Source: Vulcanimicrobiota bacterium | GTDB lineage: Bacteria; Vulcanimicrobiota; Xenobia; Xenobiales; JADMJV01 | DNA: 37,748 bases | Direction: 5' to 3' | Assembly: GCA_022842865.1 (NCBI GenBank) | Contig: JALHOV010000003.1 | Location: 1-37,748, forward strand | Part shown: piece by piece, positions 1 through 9,177 of the stretch | How positions within the stretch are numbered: the first letter of the stretch is position 1 | Layout: each line of letters starts with the position of its first letter | Translations under genes and position numbers: made by a program | Notes under the pieces: generated by a model | The model's database searches: none | Seen by the model: only the letters and a program-made list of their open reading frames with translations | What the model was told of the DNA's origin: nothing

Positions 1-79
1 CGTAACAACCCTTTAACCCATTTCGCCCCTCCTGTGGATATGGTAGGGAGACACACAAAGAGAACCACAGGAGCCTTCC

Positions 80-673
80 ATGATTCAAAGCAACCGCATC
101 CTCAGCGATAAATTTCAGGGTAAGACCGTTTACCGCCTCGACACCAACGGCAACCACAAGCCCGACGCCAGCGAGCCCATGATCGTGCGCCGCGGCCCCG
201 ATGACCAGTGGAAGCCCGCTGAGCACATCGACCGTCCCATCCAGCGCTTCGCCGTGGAAAAAGAATTCGGGTTCTGGACCGACAAGCAGGTCAGCCATCA
301 AGAGGGCTGGTTTTGGAACAAGCAAGAAGTCATCGACCGTCCCGCTAACGGCGCCATCGAAGCCGACGAAGTCGGCACCACCGGTTTCGAGCGTTTAGGC
401 AACGGCATCAACGGCAGCAACAGCTTCGCGCTGGGCGCAGAGATCCTGAAAGACAGCGATGGCGCTCTCTTTCTTGACGAGCACTTCCGCACCTATGGAT
501 CCCGCCGCATCATCGGCCAGGGCGACATCAAAGACATGGAAAACTATCGTGCCGACGACGCCAACTGGCAGGTCCAGAAAAATACTCCCACCCTCATCGG
601 CGTGGCGGAAGGGCCGTTCGTTATCGGATCGGGAAGCACCACCATCACGGTGCCGCTGCAGGGCAAACTCTAG
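80..673 (+). CDS. hypothetical protein (197 aa)
   Basis: ATG preceded by AGGAG at about 69-73 and strong C/G third-position codon bias. No recognisable motif. Confidence 0.75.
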   Translation: MIQSNRILSDKFQGKTVYRLDTNGNHKPDASEPMIVRRGPDDQWKPAEHIDRPIQRFAVEKEFGFWTDKQVSHQEGWFWNKQEVIDRPANGAIEADEVGTTGFERLGNGINGSNSFALGAEILKDSDGALFLDEHFRTYGSRRIIGQGDIKDMENYRADDANWQVQKNTPTLIGVAEGPFVIGSGSTTITVPLQGKL

Positions 674-677
674 TAAT

Positions 678-1289
678 TCAGAGCGTAAGCCCATTCTTTG
701 CAAAAACCTGGCGCGTTGCGTCCAGGTTTTTGTGATCATGAACGCAGCCCTGCATTCCAAAGCCCTGGGCCACCTCCACGAACAACGAGCGGTCGTCTAC
801 ATAGAGGGTCCGTTCGGCCTGGTGCAGCGAGATGTTGAGCGCCAGAGTGAAAATGTCGGGATCGGGCTTGCGGAACCGCGCGAAACACGAGAACACGAAG
901 GAATCCACGAAGTCGCGCAACTTGAAGTGCTCGACTCGGTGCAAAGTCAACTCGCGCCCTTCGTTGCTGACCACCGTGATTTTCAGGCCATACTTCTTCT
1001 TGATGGCGCTAACAAACTCGATCATGTCCTCGTAGGGCTGGGAGCGGCTGATCATAAAGTCAATGAAATCTTGCTGCGAGAAAGTGCGCGGCTTGTAAAA
1101 GACGGTTCGTTCCAAATATTGCGGCAGGGTCAGTTTGCCAATCTCGTAGGCGTCAAAGGTCATGCGGTGGCGTTCATCCACCTCGGCCTCCTCCAGCCCG
1201 AATTGTTGGCAGGCCAGTTTGCGGCTATCGCGTCCCCAGCCATTGCTGCCCAGAACTCCGCCCACGTCAAGAAATAATGCTTCGATCAT
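678..1289 (-). CDS. HAD-superfamily phosphatase (HAD-IA type)
   Basis: Motifs FLDVGGVL, VVSN, RKPDPDIF and YVDDR. Start placed at ATG 1289, which overlaps the upstream stop (ATGA), rather than at 1328. Confidence 0.9.
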   Translation of the reverse strand: MIEALFLDVGGVLGSNGWGRDSRKLACQQFGLEEAEVDERHRMTFDAYEIGKLTLPQYLERTVFYKPRTFSQQDFIDFMISRSQPYEDMIEFVSAIKKKYGLKITVVSNEGRELTLHRVEHFKLRDFVDSFVFSCFARFRKPDPDIFTLALNISLHQAERTLYVDDRSLFVEVAQGFGMQGCVHDHKNLDATRQVFAKNGLTL

Positions 1290-2116
1290 GCCCGCTCGTT
1301 TCTCGTCTGACCTGCTCGATCCCGCCATTTCCAGAACAATACGTCAAGATGGCGCCGCACTGCAAAATAAATCCGGACCAACCCGTCCAGGGCCAGCGGC
1401 ATCCAAGTGGCCACCTTGTTGCGGGTGCGCAGAAACAGGACTGGATGGGAACTGGAAATATCGATCTCGTCTTGAGAGGGATCGAGGTCCGAGCGGCTCA
1501 GCAAAATGGTTAAGATTGCCTGATCGTAGCGATGGTTTTGGCGTGTGCTGCCCGCCGGAGCCAGCACCTGCGTATCCCAGGCCAGCTCGCGCCAATGCCG
1601 CACCAGTTCCCGCGCTCCGGGTTGACCCGGATCAAAAGCGCACACGCCGCCGGCGCGGAAGCGTTCGTTGCGAATGGACTCCTCCACCGCCATCTGCTGC
1701 AACATGGCGGGATGGGTGCGCTCCATCAGCGACCCGCGGCCGGCCAGGGGCACCCACAGTCCGCTGCGCCGCAGGTGTTGCACCATCGGGTCCAGGGAAC
1801 GCACCAGTACACAGGCGCTGTCCAGCCAGAGCACCGGAACTTGAGATTCTTCCAGCACTTCCGCCAAAGCGGTCGGCTTCCAGGCATAGTTGGACCAATC
1901 GCGCAGGTGGGCCGGGCCCTCCGGCAGGGAACGCAACTGAATCCATCCGAACTCGCGCAGCAGGCGGCAACGCTGTCTGTCCGACAGCCCCAGGTCGTAG
2001 ACAATACAGCGGTCATAGCCTTGGCGCCGCAAACTCAACAGCAACTGCAATAAGCTGCGAAAGTAGGCCGGGCTGGCCGCGCTCACAACCTGGATTTGCT
2101 CAGTGATAGCTGGCAC
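1286..2116 (-). CDS. DUF1647-like putative glycosyltransferase-fold protein
   Basis: Motifs IVYDLGL, YAWKP, VLWLDS and NHRYDQAIL resemble the DUF1647 family. Overlaps both neighbouring genes. Confidence 0.65.
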   Translation of the reverse strand: MPAITEQIQVVSAASPAYFRSLLQLLLSLRRQGYDRCIVYDLGLSDRQRCRLLREFGWIQLRSLPEGPAHLRDWSNYAWKPTALAEVLEESQVPVLWLDSACVLVRSLDPMVQHLRRSGLWVPLAGRGSLMERTHPAMLQQMAVEESIRNERFRAGGVCAFDPGQPGARELVRHWRELAWDTQVLAPAGSTRQNHRYDQAILTILLSRSDLDPSQDEIDISSSHPVLFLRTRNKVATWMPLALDGLVRIYFAVRRHLDVLFWKWRDRAGQTRNERA

Positions 2117-2900
2117 CGGGACCCAGTTTTTCCAAAACGTAAGCCAGTCTCAATCCGGCCAAAAACAGGCGACGCGCGCACAATTGGCGGGTTCTCTCGG
2201 CATACTCCGGGGTCATCTCGAGCGGAGGGGAGCCGCCCGGATAGGCTACGTTCACGGCGAATCCGTGGCTTTCATCGGCCCACAGCTTGAAGTTGACTTC
2301 GTGCGCGTCCGGCCCGCCGCCGCTACGCACGGCCAGCGTTTTTAAGTCGTCCACCGACATCTCCGGCTCCTGACCGGCGCTGTCCCAATATTGATGGAGA
2401 TTGCTGCTCCAGGGAGTGACGAAGGGCACCTTGCCGCCGCCCTGGTCGCCGCTTTCATAGCCGGGACCGTAGTAGTTGCTGGCGTGCAGAGGTTGATGGA
2501 TATCCCCGATCAAGTGAATCAAATAGGCCAATCCTTCGGCCCGCTGCACCGGATCGACGCTGGTTTGGACTTGTTCCCGGAAATGCTCGATGGCCCAGAC
2601 CACCTGGTTGCCGTCCGAGGACGCCGGCCCGCCGCCAGGACCTGAGGGGATATTGATGTAGTGCCAGCCCATCGAGTCGGGGCGTTCTTCGCGCAGCAAG
2701 TCCGGCCAGGTGCATGCTCCCTCCAGCGTCTGCACTCGTGGGTCCGGGTGCTGGGCCAGACAATTTTCGACCCACGACCGCGTTTCGGAGCTGAGGTAGT
2801 CGGTCATCACGGCCACCACGGTCCGATGGCCGCGGAAGTCCCAGGCGCTGGCCGGAGTGGCCAGTAAGGTCAGAGCAAAACAGAGAGACCAGAGCTTCAT
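2100..2900 (-). CDS. secreted S1/P1 nuclease
   Basis: Signal peptide MKLWSLCFALTLLATPASA followed by mature N-terminal WDFRGH. Also WPD, WHYIN, HLIGDIHQPLH and NLHQYWD zinc-ligand motifs. The real start is ATG 2900, not 3236. Confidence 0.92.
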   Translation of the reverse strand: MKLWSLCFALTLLATPASAWDFRGHRTVVAVMTDYLSSETRSWVENCLAQHPDPRVQTLEGACTWPDLLREERPDSMGWHYINIPSGPGGGPASSDGNQVVWAIEHFREQVQTSVDPVQRAEGLAYLIHLIGDIHQPLHASNYYGPGYESGDQGGGKVPFVTPWSSNLHQYWDSAGQEPEMSVDDLKTLAVRSGGGPDAHEVNFKLWADESHGFAVNVAYPGGSPPLEMTPEYAERTRQLCARRLFLAGLRLAYVLEKLGPGASYH

Positions 2901-2920
2901 GGAGGGGCGTTCGAGTCGCC

Positions 2921-2940
2921 TCCAGGAATCCCATCCTGGA
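2921..2940. promoter_or_regulatory. inverted repeat in divergent promoter region (candidate operator)
   Basis: TCCAGGA-atccca-TCCTGGA, with perfect 7-bp arms, lies in the 60-bp gap between the nuclease gene and the YtkA-adaptor gene. Confidence 0.35.
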
Positions 2941-2960
2941 TCCCAGAATTGCCCGTCATT

Positions 2961-4768
2961 ATGAGAAAACTGATGGCTCTGGCCCTCACCGTTGCACTGA
3001 CGGCGCCGGGTCTGGCCCAGGAGATCGCCGACGGGCCGGCCGGACTCTACCCGCTGAAGGCCCGCATTTCGCCCTGGCCACCTGTGCCCGGGAAATGCCG
3101 CCTCAGCGTGGACGTGGGCCAGCCCAAAGAGGGTCGATCCGATCTTGCTACCCTGAAGATGGCGCTGCTCATGGATATGCCTGCCACCAAGATGCGCCCC
3201 CTCATGGGGAGGCTGCCTCGTACCAGGGTGGGCCACTATGAAGGCGACGTCGTTTTGCCCATGAAGGGCACCTGGCGCATCCAGTTCTTGCTCGACACAC
3301 CGGCGGGTGAGTTTCGCGTGCTCAGCCTGGTTAGGTTGGACCCGGCAAGCCCGGGGTTGCCCTGCCCACCATTGACGAGAACTGCGGCCCGGAAGCTCTT
3401 GTCGATCCTACTCTAAAGGTCACCTGCTCGCCCAATCCACCTCGAGTCGGCGAGAATCATCTGGTCATCCAGATCCCTCCCGACCAGAAAGTCACCAACG
3501 TGACCGTCGGTTTGGACATGGCCGGCATGCCGATGCTGCTGGCTCCCCAGCCCGCCCAGGCGCGCGGGGCCGGTCGTTACGAAGCGGACGTCAAGCTGCC
3601 CATGAGCGGCGTCTGGCAGTTGCGCGTCGACCTGGATGGACGGGTCCCGCCGCCGGTTCTCCTCAACGTGAACGCGGCCGAGCGCCGTCCGGTGAGCCAG
3701 CCCCTACTGTGGCTGACGTTGGCCGCCGCGTTGCCGTTTGGCCTGGGCACTGCACTACGCAGGAAGCCTCTGGCACCGATGGTGACCGGGCTGGCCCTGG
3801 CGGTCTCGACCTTCGCGGCTGGCGCCGTGATCGAACGCTACTGGCCTCCTCTCGAGGACATGGACATGAGCGCGGCGGCGCCCGAAATGAACGCCGCCAC
3901 TCCCGTCTTGCAGGCCACCGTGCAAAAAGTTCCCCTGTCCATCTATAAGACCTATCCGGCCCGGGTGCGGGCGGCCCATGAGGAAATCCTGGCTGGTTCC
4001 GGCGTGGTTTGGGAGCTGGCCGAACCCGACGTGGCCGTGAAGAGAGGGGAGTTCTTGGGCCGAGTCGGCAGCACCAGGCTGCGCGCACCGTCCAACGGAG
4101 TGGTGACTCGGCGCCTGGCCGAACCAGGCCAGAGCCTGGCTGCCCCTTCACCGGTTCTCGGCTTTGCGCGGATCGATACGGTGCTGGTGCGAGCCGACAT
4201 CCCCAGTCTGGACCGTTTTCTGATCCGGCGCGGCCAGTCGGTCGACGTCCTGGACGGCGAAATGGCCACCAGCGGAGTCATCAGCGCCGTCTCCGCCTTA
4301 AGCCAGGGTAAGCATTTTTGGGTCGAGGCCCGGATCAAAAACGAGGTTCCCGCCATTGCCGCTATGGGTCATTCGGGCAATCAGCTGCCGCTCCCCAAAC
4401 CCGGTGACGATGGCGGCCGGCCGGGCAGTCTTCCCATCGGCGGTGAGGTGTTGATGCGCTGCCTGGTGGACCTGCTGGCACCCACGCTTTGCGTCCCGAA
4501 GGAGTCCATCTTTGAGTCCGAGGGACGGCCGATGGTCATGGTCGTCAGCCCGATCGCCGGCCAGCAACTGGCCTTCCGCCGTGCTGTCGTCATCGGTCAA
4601 GCCAACGACACCCACCAGGAGATTCTCAGCGGATTAAAAGAGGGGGAGACGGTGGTGGCGCTGGCTCAGGAACCGCTGCCGGATGGGACGTTGGTGACCG
4701 CTGCCTCTTGGGGCGAGGGCAGTTATCGCGACCTGATGATTCCCGAAGATTTCTCGCACGGTCCATGA
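2961..4768 (+). CDS. YtkA-like x2 / TM / RND periplasmic adaptor (MFP) fusion, split by a 1-bp frameshift near 3333 (about 602 aa if repaired)
   Basis: Signal peptide, then domain 1 (MDMP..YEGDVVLPMKGTW). The frame of ORF 3500-4768 is open from 3335 and reads VGPGKP..LKVTCSPNPPRVGENHLVIQI..GLDMAGM..YEADVKLPMSGVW (domain 2). Two hydrophobic segments follow, then MFP motifs LRAPSNGVV, VPKESI and EILSGLKEGETVV. Confidence 0.8.
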
Positions 4769-7605
4769 AGCTGATCTCGTGGTCGCTGGAGCACGGTCGG
4801 CTGGTGCTGACCTTTTATGCCCTGGTGCTGCTGCTGGCCCTCTTGAGTCTGGCCTGGTGGATTCCTACCCGCCTCAATCCAGCTTTGCGCAGCCCTTTGC
4901 TGGCCGTGATCACTCGGTGTCCCAACCAGACCGCCAGTCAGGTCGAGAGCTCCACGACCAATCCCCTGGAGCGCAGCCTCGCTCAGGTTCCCTCGCTTCT
5001 TCACTTGCGCTCGATGTCCATGCACGAAGTATCACTGATCGTGTTGGAGTTTCCTTATGCCAGCGATACGCGCCGATTGCAGGCGGAGGTGTCGGCCCAA
5101 CTGCCGGCCGGATCGCGAGTGGTGGAATATAACCCGCTGGATTTACCGGTTCTCAGTCTGGCTGTCCATCACCCTGCCCAAGACTCCGCCTGGCTGCGCG
5201 AACTGCTCGAAAGGGAAGCGAGCAACGCTTTCCGAGGGGTAGACGGCGTGAAGCGAGTTAGCCTTTTCGGGGCCCGCCGCCAACTGGAGGTCTTCTTGAA
5301 ACCGGAGGTGGGGGGAGTTCCGCTGGGCCAACCCGAGCGGGTTCGCCAGGATGCCGCGAGGCTGCGCGAGGCGGAACAGCTTCTTTCCCAATTGCACAGC
5401 CTGGATGCATTGCCCGATTTGAAGTTGGAGGGCCGTCCTCTCAGCGAAGTGGCCGCCTGGCGGTTGGGACCGGGGCACGATTCTCCCCGCTATCGCTACA
5501 ACGGCCAGGACGCTTTGGAATTGAGCATTTTTCAGACCGAGAGCGCCTCCTCACCTCAATTGGTGCAAAGACTTCGGGACGTGGTGTCCCGTTTGCAGGC
5601 CAAGTATCCCGGGCTGGTTTGCCAGGAAGCCTACAATAACGCTCATTTCGTCGAAGTGATGCAGGCCAGCGTCTGGCTAGAATTGCTGTTGGCGGTCGCC
5701 CTCACGGGCGCGGTAGTGTGGATTTTCTTGGGGGAGGTGCGCGGCACGCTCATTGCCCTGGCCACCGTGCCGACCACCCTGGCTTTGACCCTACTTTGCT
5801 TTGGCCCGCTGGGTCTCTCTCTCAACAGCTCCAGTCTGATTGGTCTGCTGCTGGCCCTGGGCCGGCTGGTGGATGACACCGTCATCGATCTGCATGCGGT
5901 CGCCGCCCATCGCGCTGGCGGCAAGTCGGTCCGTCAGGCCGCTCTGGATGGTTGTTCCGAGGTCCGACCCGCGGTGGTTTCTGCCACCCTGGTCTTGGCC
6001 CTGGCCATGTTGCCTCTGACCTGGTGCGGCGGATTGACCCAGGATATGTTTGAGGGCATCGTCTGGCCGCTTTTATTGAGCCTGAGCTCTTCCTTACTGG
6101 TCTCTCTGACGCTGACCCCGGTGCTGGTCAGCCTGATCTACCAGGGCAGTTCGCCACACGACCGTTGGGAAGCGGGCTACCGACGAATGTTGAGGTGGGT
6201 TTTGGACCGACCGGGGCTTACGCTGAGTGTGGCCACGGCGGTCTGCTATCTGGCCTGGCTGCTGGTGCCGCTCATCGGGTCGGAGATGATGCCACTCTCG
6301 GACACGGGCCAGATGTATGTGGAGATGGAGTCCCAGCCCAACAGTTCCACTCAGGAAACGGCCCGGCTGGCGGGTTCGCTGGAAGAAATCCTGCGCCGCT
6401 GCCCGGAAGTTCAGGGTGTTTCTTGTGAAATCGGAATGGAGCCTGAGCAGACCGCGCTGACCGGCTATGATCTGGGCGGTTCACACACGGCTCGCATGCT
6501 GGTCACCCTGGTGGACCAAAATCGCCGTCGCCGTAACCTTTGGCAGCTGGCCGACGCGGTCTATTCCCAGGCGCTGCGGGACGTCCCCGGCATTCGTCGG
6601 TTAATGCTCAAAGAGATGGGGTCGGATGTGATGGCCTCGGCCATGACTCCCGTCGAGCTGGTGGTGCGCGGTCCCAATCTCCGGCGTCTATCCTGGTTGG
6701 CCGAGCAAACTCGGGCGCTGGGCGGACAGGTTCGGGGGCTGCACATGCTCAACACCTCCTGGTCCCTGGGCAAGGCCCCCCGCGTGCTCTTTCGGCCCCC
6801 GCCTGGACCGGGTAAAACCATCGCCCAGACCTCCGAGGGAGTGGCCGTCGTCCTTCAAGACGGGCAGCCCTATCGAGAAGACCTGGCCGTCATCGAACAT
6901 CAAGATTCGCAACGCTGCATCTCCGTTACGGCCACCAGTCGCCGCGGCGGGCCCGGCTCCATGCGCCTGTCCATGGCTTTGCATATGCTCAGCCAAAGCC
7001 AGTTGCCTTACCCGGCCGGCTATCAGTTGCTGCAGCGAGGCGACATGCTGGCCATGATGGATTCGTTCCAGCGTTTGTTGGGTGGACTGGCCCTGGGAGG
7101 GCTGCTCGTCTATGCCGCGCTCTTGGCCTGGTTTCGCGACGCTCGATTGCCTCTGATCATGTTGATGGCCATCCCCCTGGAGTTGGCTGGCGTGGTGGTG
7201 GCTCTGCTGCTGGCCGGGCAGATCTTTTCCAGCGTGTCCTTGCTGGGTTTGGTGGTTTTGCACGGGATGGATATGACGGCCAGTATTTTGCTGTTGGACC
7301 GAGTGGAGACTTTGCGTCGCAGCGGCCTGAGCGCCCGCGAAGCCGTGCTTCAGGGGGCTCCCCAGAGACTGCGGCCCATCTTGATGACGGTGCTGGTGAC
7401 CCTGGCCGTGATGGTGCCGCTGGCCCTCTTCCCGCGCACCGGCATGGATGCCTACTCTCCCCTGGCCACCGTCGTGCTGGGAGGTCTGACCGTTTCTTCC
7501 GGACTCACTCTGCTAGTCATCCCGGTACTCTATTCCGTGGTATTTAAGGGGGAATCTGGGACCCACAAACGAACCCCGCCAGACCAAAATCCTCAGGAGG
7601 CTTAG
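4765..7605 (+). CDS. RND-family transporter (AcrB/CusA-like, 946 aa)
   Basis: TNPLE, LGRLVDD, RPAVVSAT, SLTLTPVL, RLRPILMT and PLATVVLGGL motifs, with a 12-TM layout and two periplasmic loops. ATG 4765 overlaps the adaptor stop (ATGA). Confidence 0.92.
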   Translation: MKLISWSLEHGRLVLTFYALVLLLALLSLAWWIPTRLNPALRSPLLAVITRCPNQTASQVESSTTNPLERSLAQVPSLLHLRSMSMHEVSLIVLEFPYASDTRRLQAEVSAQLPAGSRVVEYNPLDLPVLSLAVHHPAQDSAWLRELLEREASNAFRGVDGVKRVSLFGARRQLEVFLKPEVGGVPLGQPERVRQDAARLREAEQLLSQLHSLDALPDLKLEGRPLSEVAAWRLGPGHDSPRYRYNGQDALELSIFQTESASSPQLVQRLRDVVSRLQAKYPGLVCQEAYNNAHFVEVMQASVWLELLLAVALTGAVVWIFLGEVRGTLIALATVPTTLALTLLCFGPLGLSLNSSSLIGLLLALGRLVDDTVIDLHAVAAHRAGGKSVRQAALDGCSEVRPAVVSATLVLALAMLPLTWCGGLTQDMFEGIVWPLLLSLSSSLLVSLTLTPVLVSLIYQGSSPHDRWEAGYRRMLRWVLDRPGLTLSVATAVCYLAWLLVPLIGSEMMPLSDTGQMYVEMESQPNSSTQETARLAGSLEEILRRCPEVQGVSCEIGMEPEQTALTGYDLGGSHTARMLVTLVDQNRRRRNLWQLADAVYSQALRDVPGIRRLMLKEMGSDVMASAMTPVELVVRGPNLRRLSWLAEQTRALGGQVRGLHMLNTSWSLGKAPRVLFRPPPGPGKTIAQTSEGVAVVLQDGQPYREDLAVIEHQDSQRCISVTATSRRGGPGSMRLSMALHMLSQSQLPYPAGYQLLQRGDMLAMMDSFQRLLGGLALGGLLVYAALLAWFRDARLPLIMLMAIPLELAGVVVALLLAGQIFSSVSLLGLVVLHGMDMTASILLLDRVETLRRSGLSAREAVLQGAPQRLRPILMTVLVTLAVMVPLALFPRTGMDAYSPLATVVLGGLTVSSGLTLLVIPVLYSVVFKGESGTHKRTPPDQNPQEA

Positions 7606-7608
7606 ATT

Positions 7609-9177
7609 ATGTACGCAGGCGGCCCAGAAAACGGCGTAAGTCGTCGCAACTTGCTGGTGGCAGGCATGAGCCTGGCTGCCTTCTCGGCGGCCTCCATGGT
7701 GCAGGGTTGCGGCAGTGAGAGCGTCACCCAGGTGAGCAACGGGGCCAGCGTGCCGCCCCCTCAGGATCAGGGCACCGGCAATGTCGCCCGACCCACCCCG
7801 CCCGCCTTTGTTCAGCCTCCGGTGCTGCGGGCCGTGAATGGCGTCCTGGAAACGACCTTGAATGTCACGTTGGCCACCAACACGGTGGGCGGCGCCCCGG
7901 TCACCTTACGCAGCTACAATGGTCAGCTGACCGGTCCTACCTTGCGCATCAAGCAAGGCGAGAAGTTACGAGTTTTGGTGAACAACCAGCTGGCCGCCGA
8001 CCCCGACGCGACTCCGGCCAATCCCAACCAACCTCACCAGTTGAACACCACCAATCTTCACACCCACGGACTTCACGTTTCGCCCCAGGGCAACTCCGAC
8101 AATATTTTCGTGGAGATTCATCCCGGCAGCAACTTCCAATACGAGTACAACGTTCCGCAGAGCCAGCCCCCAGGAACGCTCTGGTATCACCCGCACAAGC
8201 ACGGATCGAGCAACGTCCAAATGATCAGTGGCATGGCGGGAGCTCTGATCATCGAGGGCGGTCTCGACGAAGTGCCGGCCATTAAGCAAGCACGCGACCT
8301 GGTCTACCTGATCTCGGAACTCAATGTCGATGCCACCGGCCAGGTGCCCGTGTGGAGCACCACCAACGTCAATCCGTTTCTACTGGCCAATCGGCGACTG
8401 CTGGTAAACGGACAGTTGGTGCCCACTCTGTCGGCTTTCAGTGGCGAGGTGATCCGTCTGCGTGTCATCAATGGAACCGCTCGCACCGCCGTGCCCTTTT
8501 CCATTGCCGGTCATACTCTGAACGTCATTTCTCTGGACGGCATCGCGCTTCCCCGGATGCGTCAGGTCTCCAACGTCATCCTACCGCCCGCCGGTCGTTG
8601 TGACGTATTGGTGCGCTGCGGGGCGCCGGGTAACTACGACATTCAGAAGCTGCTTGACACCAGTGTTTCCAACAATGACGCCCTGGTCAACATCGGCGTT
8701 CTCAACGTATTAAACACGGTCGTAAACATGGACCTGCCGGACAAATTGCCTCCTCCTCCCTTCGCGAACATCACGACTGCCGAGCTGACCAACCCGGCCG
8801 CCACCGTCATTACCTTTGAACAAAACTCGGCCGAACCGGCAGCGGTGCCGTTTCCCAATTTTACCGTCAACGGGGTCCATTTCGACCCGAATCGAGTCGA
8901 TCACACCATCCCCTTGAATTCAGTCCTGGAGTGGGAGTTGATCAACAACAGTCCCAACGGACACCCGTTCCACATTCACGTCAACGACTTTATGGTCGTT
9001 TCCGTGAACAACGTGGCTCTGCCCGAGCCGGAATGGCATGACACCTTCAATATTCCCAAGATGGGGCGCATACGCATTCGTCATCGCTTCGAGGATTTTA
9101 AGGGAATGTTTGTGTTCCACTGCCACATTCTGGTTCACGAAGACCTGGGAATGATGCAAACGGTCAACGTCGTTTAG
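7609..9177 (+). CDS. multicopper oxidase, Tat-exported probable lipoprotein
   Basis: All four copper motifs are present: TNLHTHG, WYHPHKHG, HPFHIH and HCHILVHEDLGMM. Twin-arginine SRRNLL and a lipobox-like VQGC. AGGAGG RBS. Confidence 0.95.
   Translation: MYAGGPENGVSRRNLLVAGMSLAAFSAASMVQGCGSESVTQVSNGASVPPPQDQGTGNVARPTPPAFVQPPVLRAVNGVLETTLNVTLATNTVGGAPVTLRSYNGQLTGPTLRIKQGEKLRVLVNNQLAADPDATPANPNQPHQLNTTNLHTHGLHVSPQGNSDNIFVEIHPGSNFQYEYNVPQSQPPGTLWYHPHKHGSSNVQMISGMAGALIIEGGLDEVPAIKQARDLVYLISELNVDATGQVPVWSTTNVNPFLLANRRLLVNGQLVPTLSAFSGEVIRLRVINGTARTAVPFSIAGHTLNVISLDGIALPRMRQVSNVILPPAGRCDVLVRCGAPGNYDIQKLLDTSVSNNDALVNIGVLNVLNTVVNMDLPDKLPPPPFANITTAELTNPAATVITFEQNSAEPAAVPFPNFTVNGVHFDPNRVDHTIPLNSVLEWELINNSPNGHPFHIHVNDFMVVSVNNVALPEPEWHDTFNIPKMGRIRIRHRFEDFKGMFVFHCHILVHEDLGMMQTVNVV

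Noticed and set aside
14-41. Sigma-28-like promoter (TAAC-N16-GTGGATAT)
   Set aside because: Too many mismatches to TAAA-N15-GCCGATAA to support from a single site.
2901-3236. N-terminal extension of the S1/P1 nuclease
   Set aside because: It is antisense to the YtkA gene, and the signal peptide begins at 2900.
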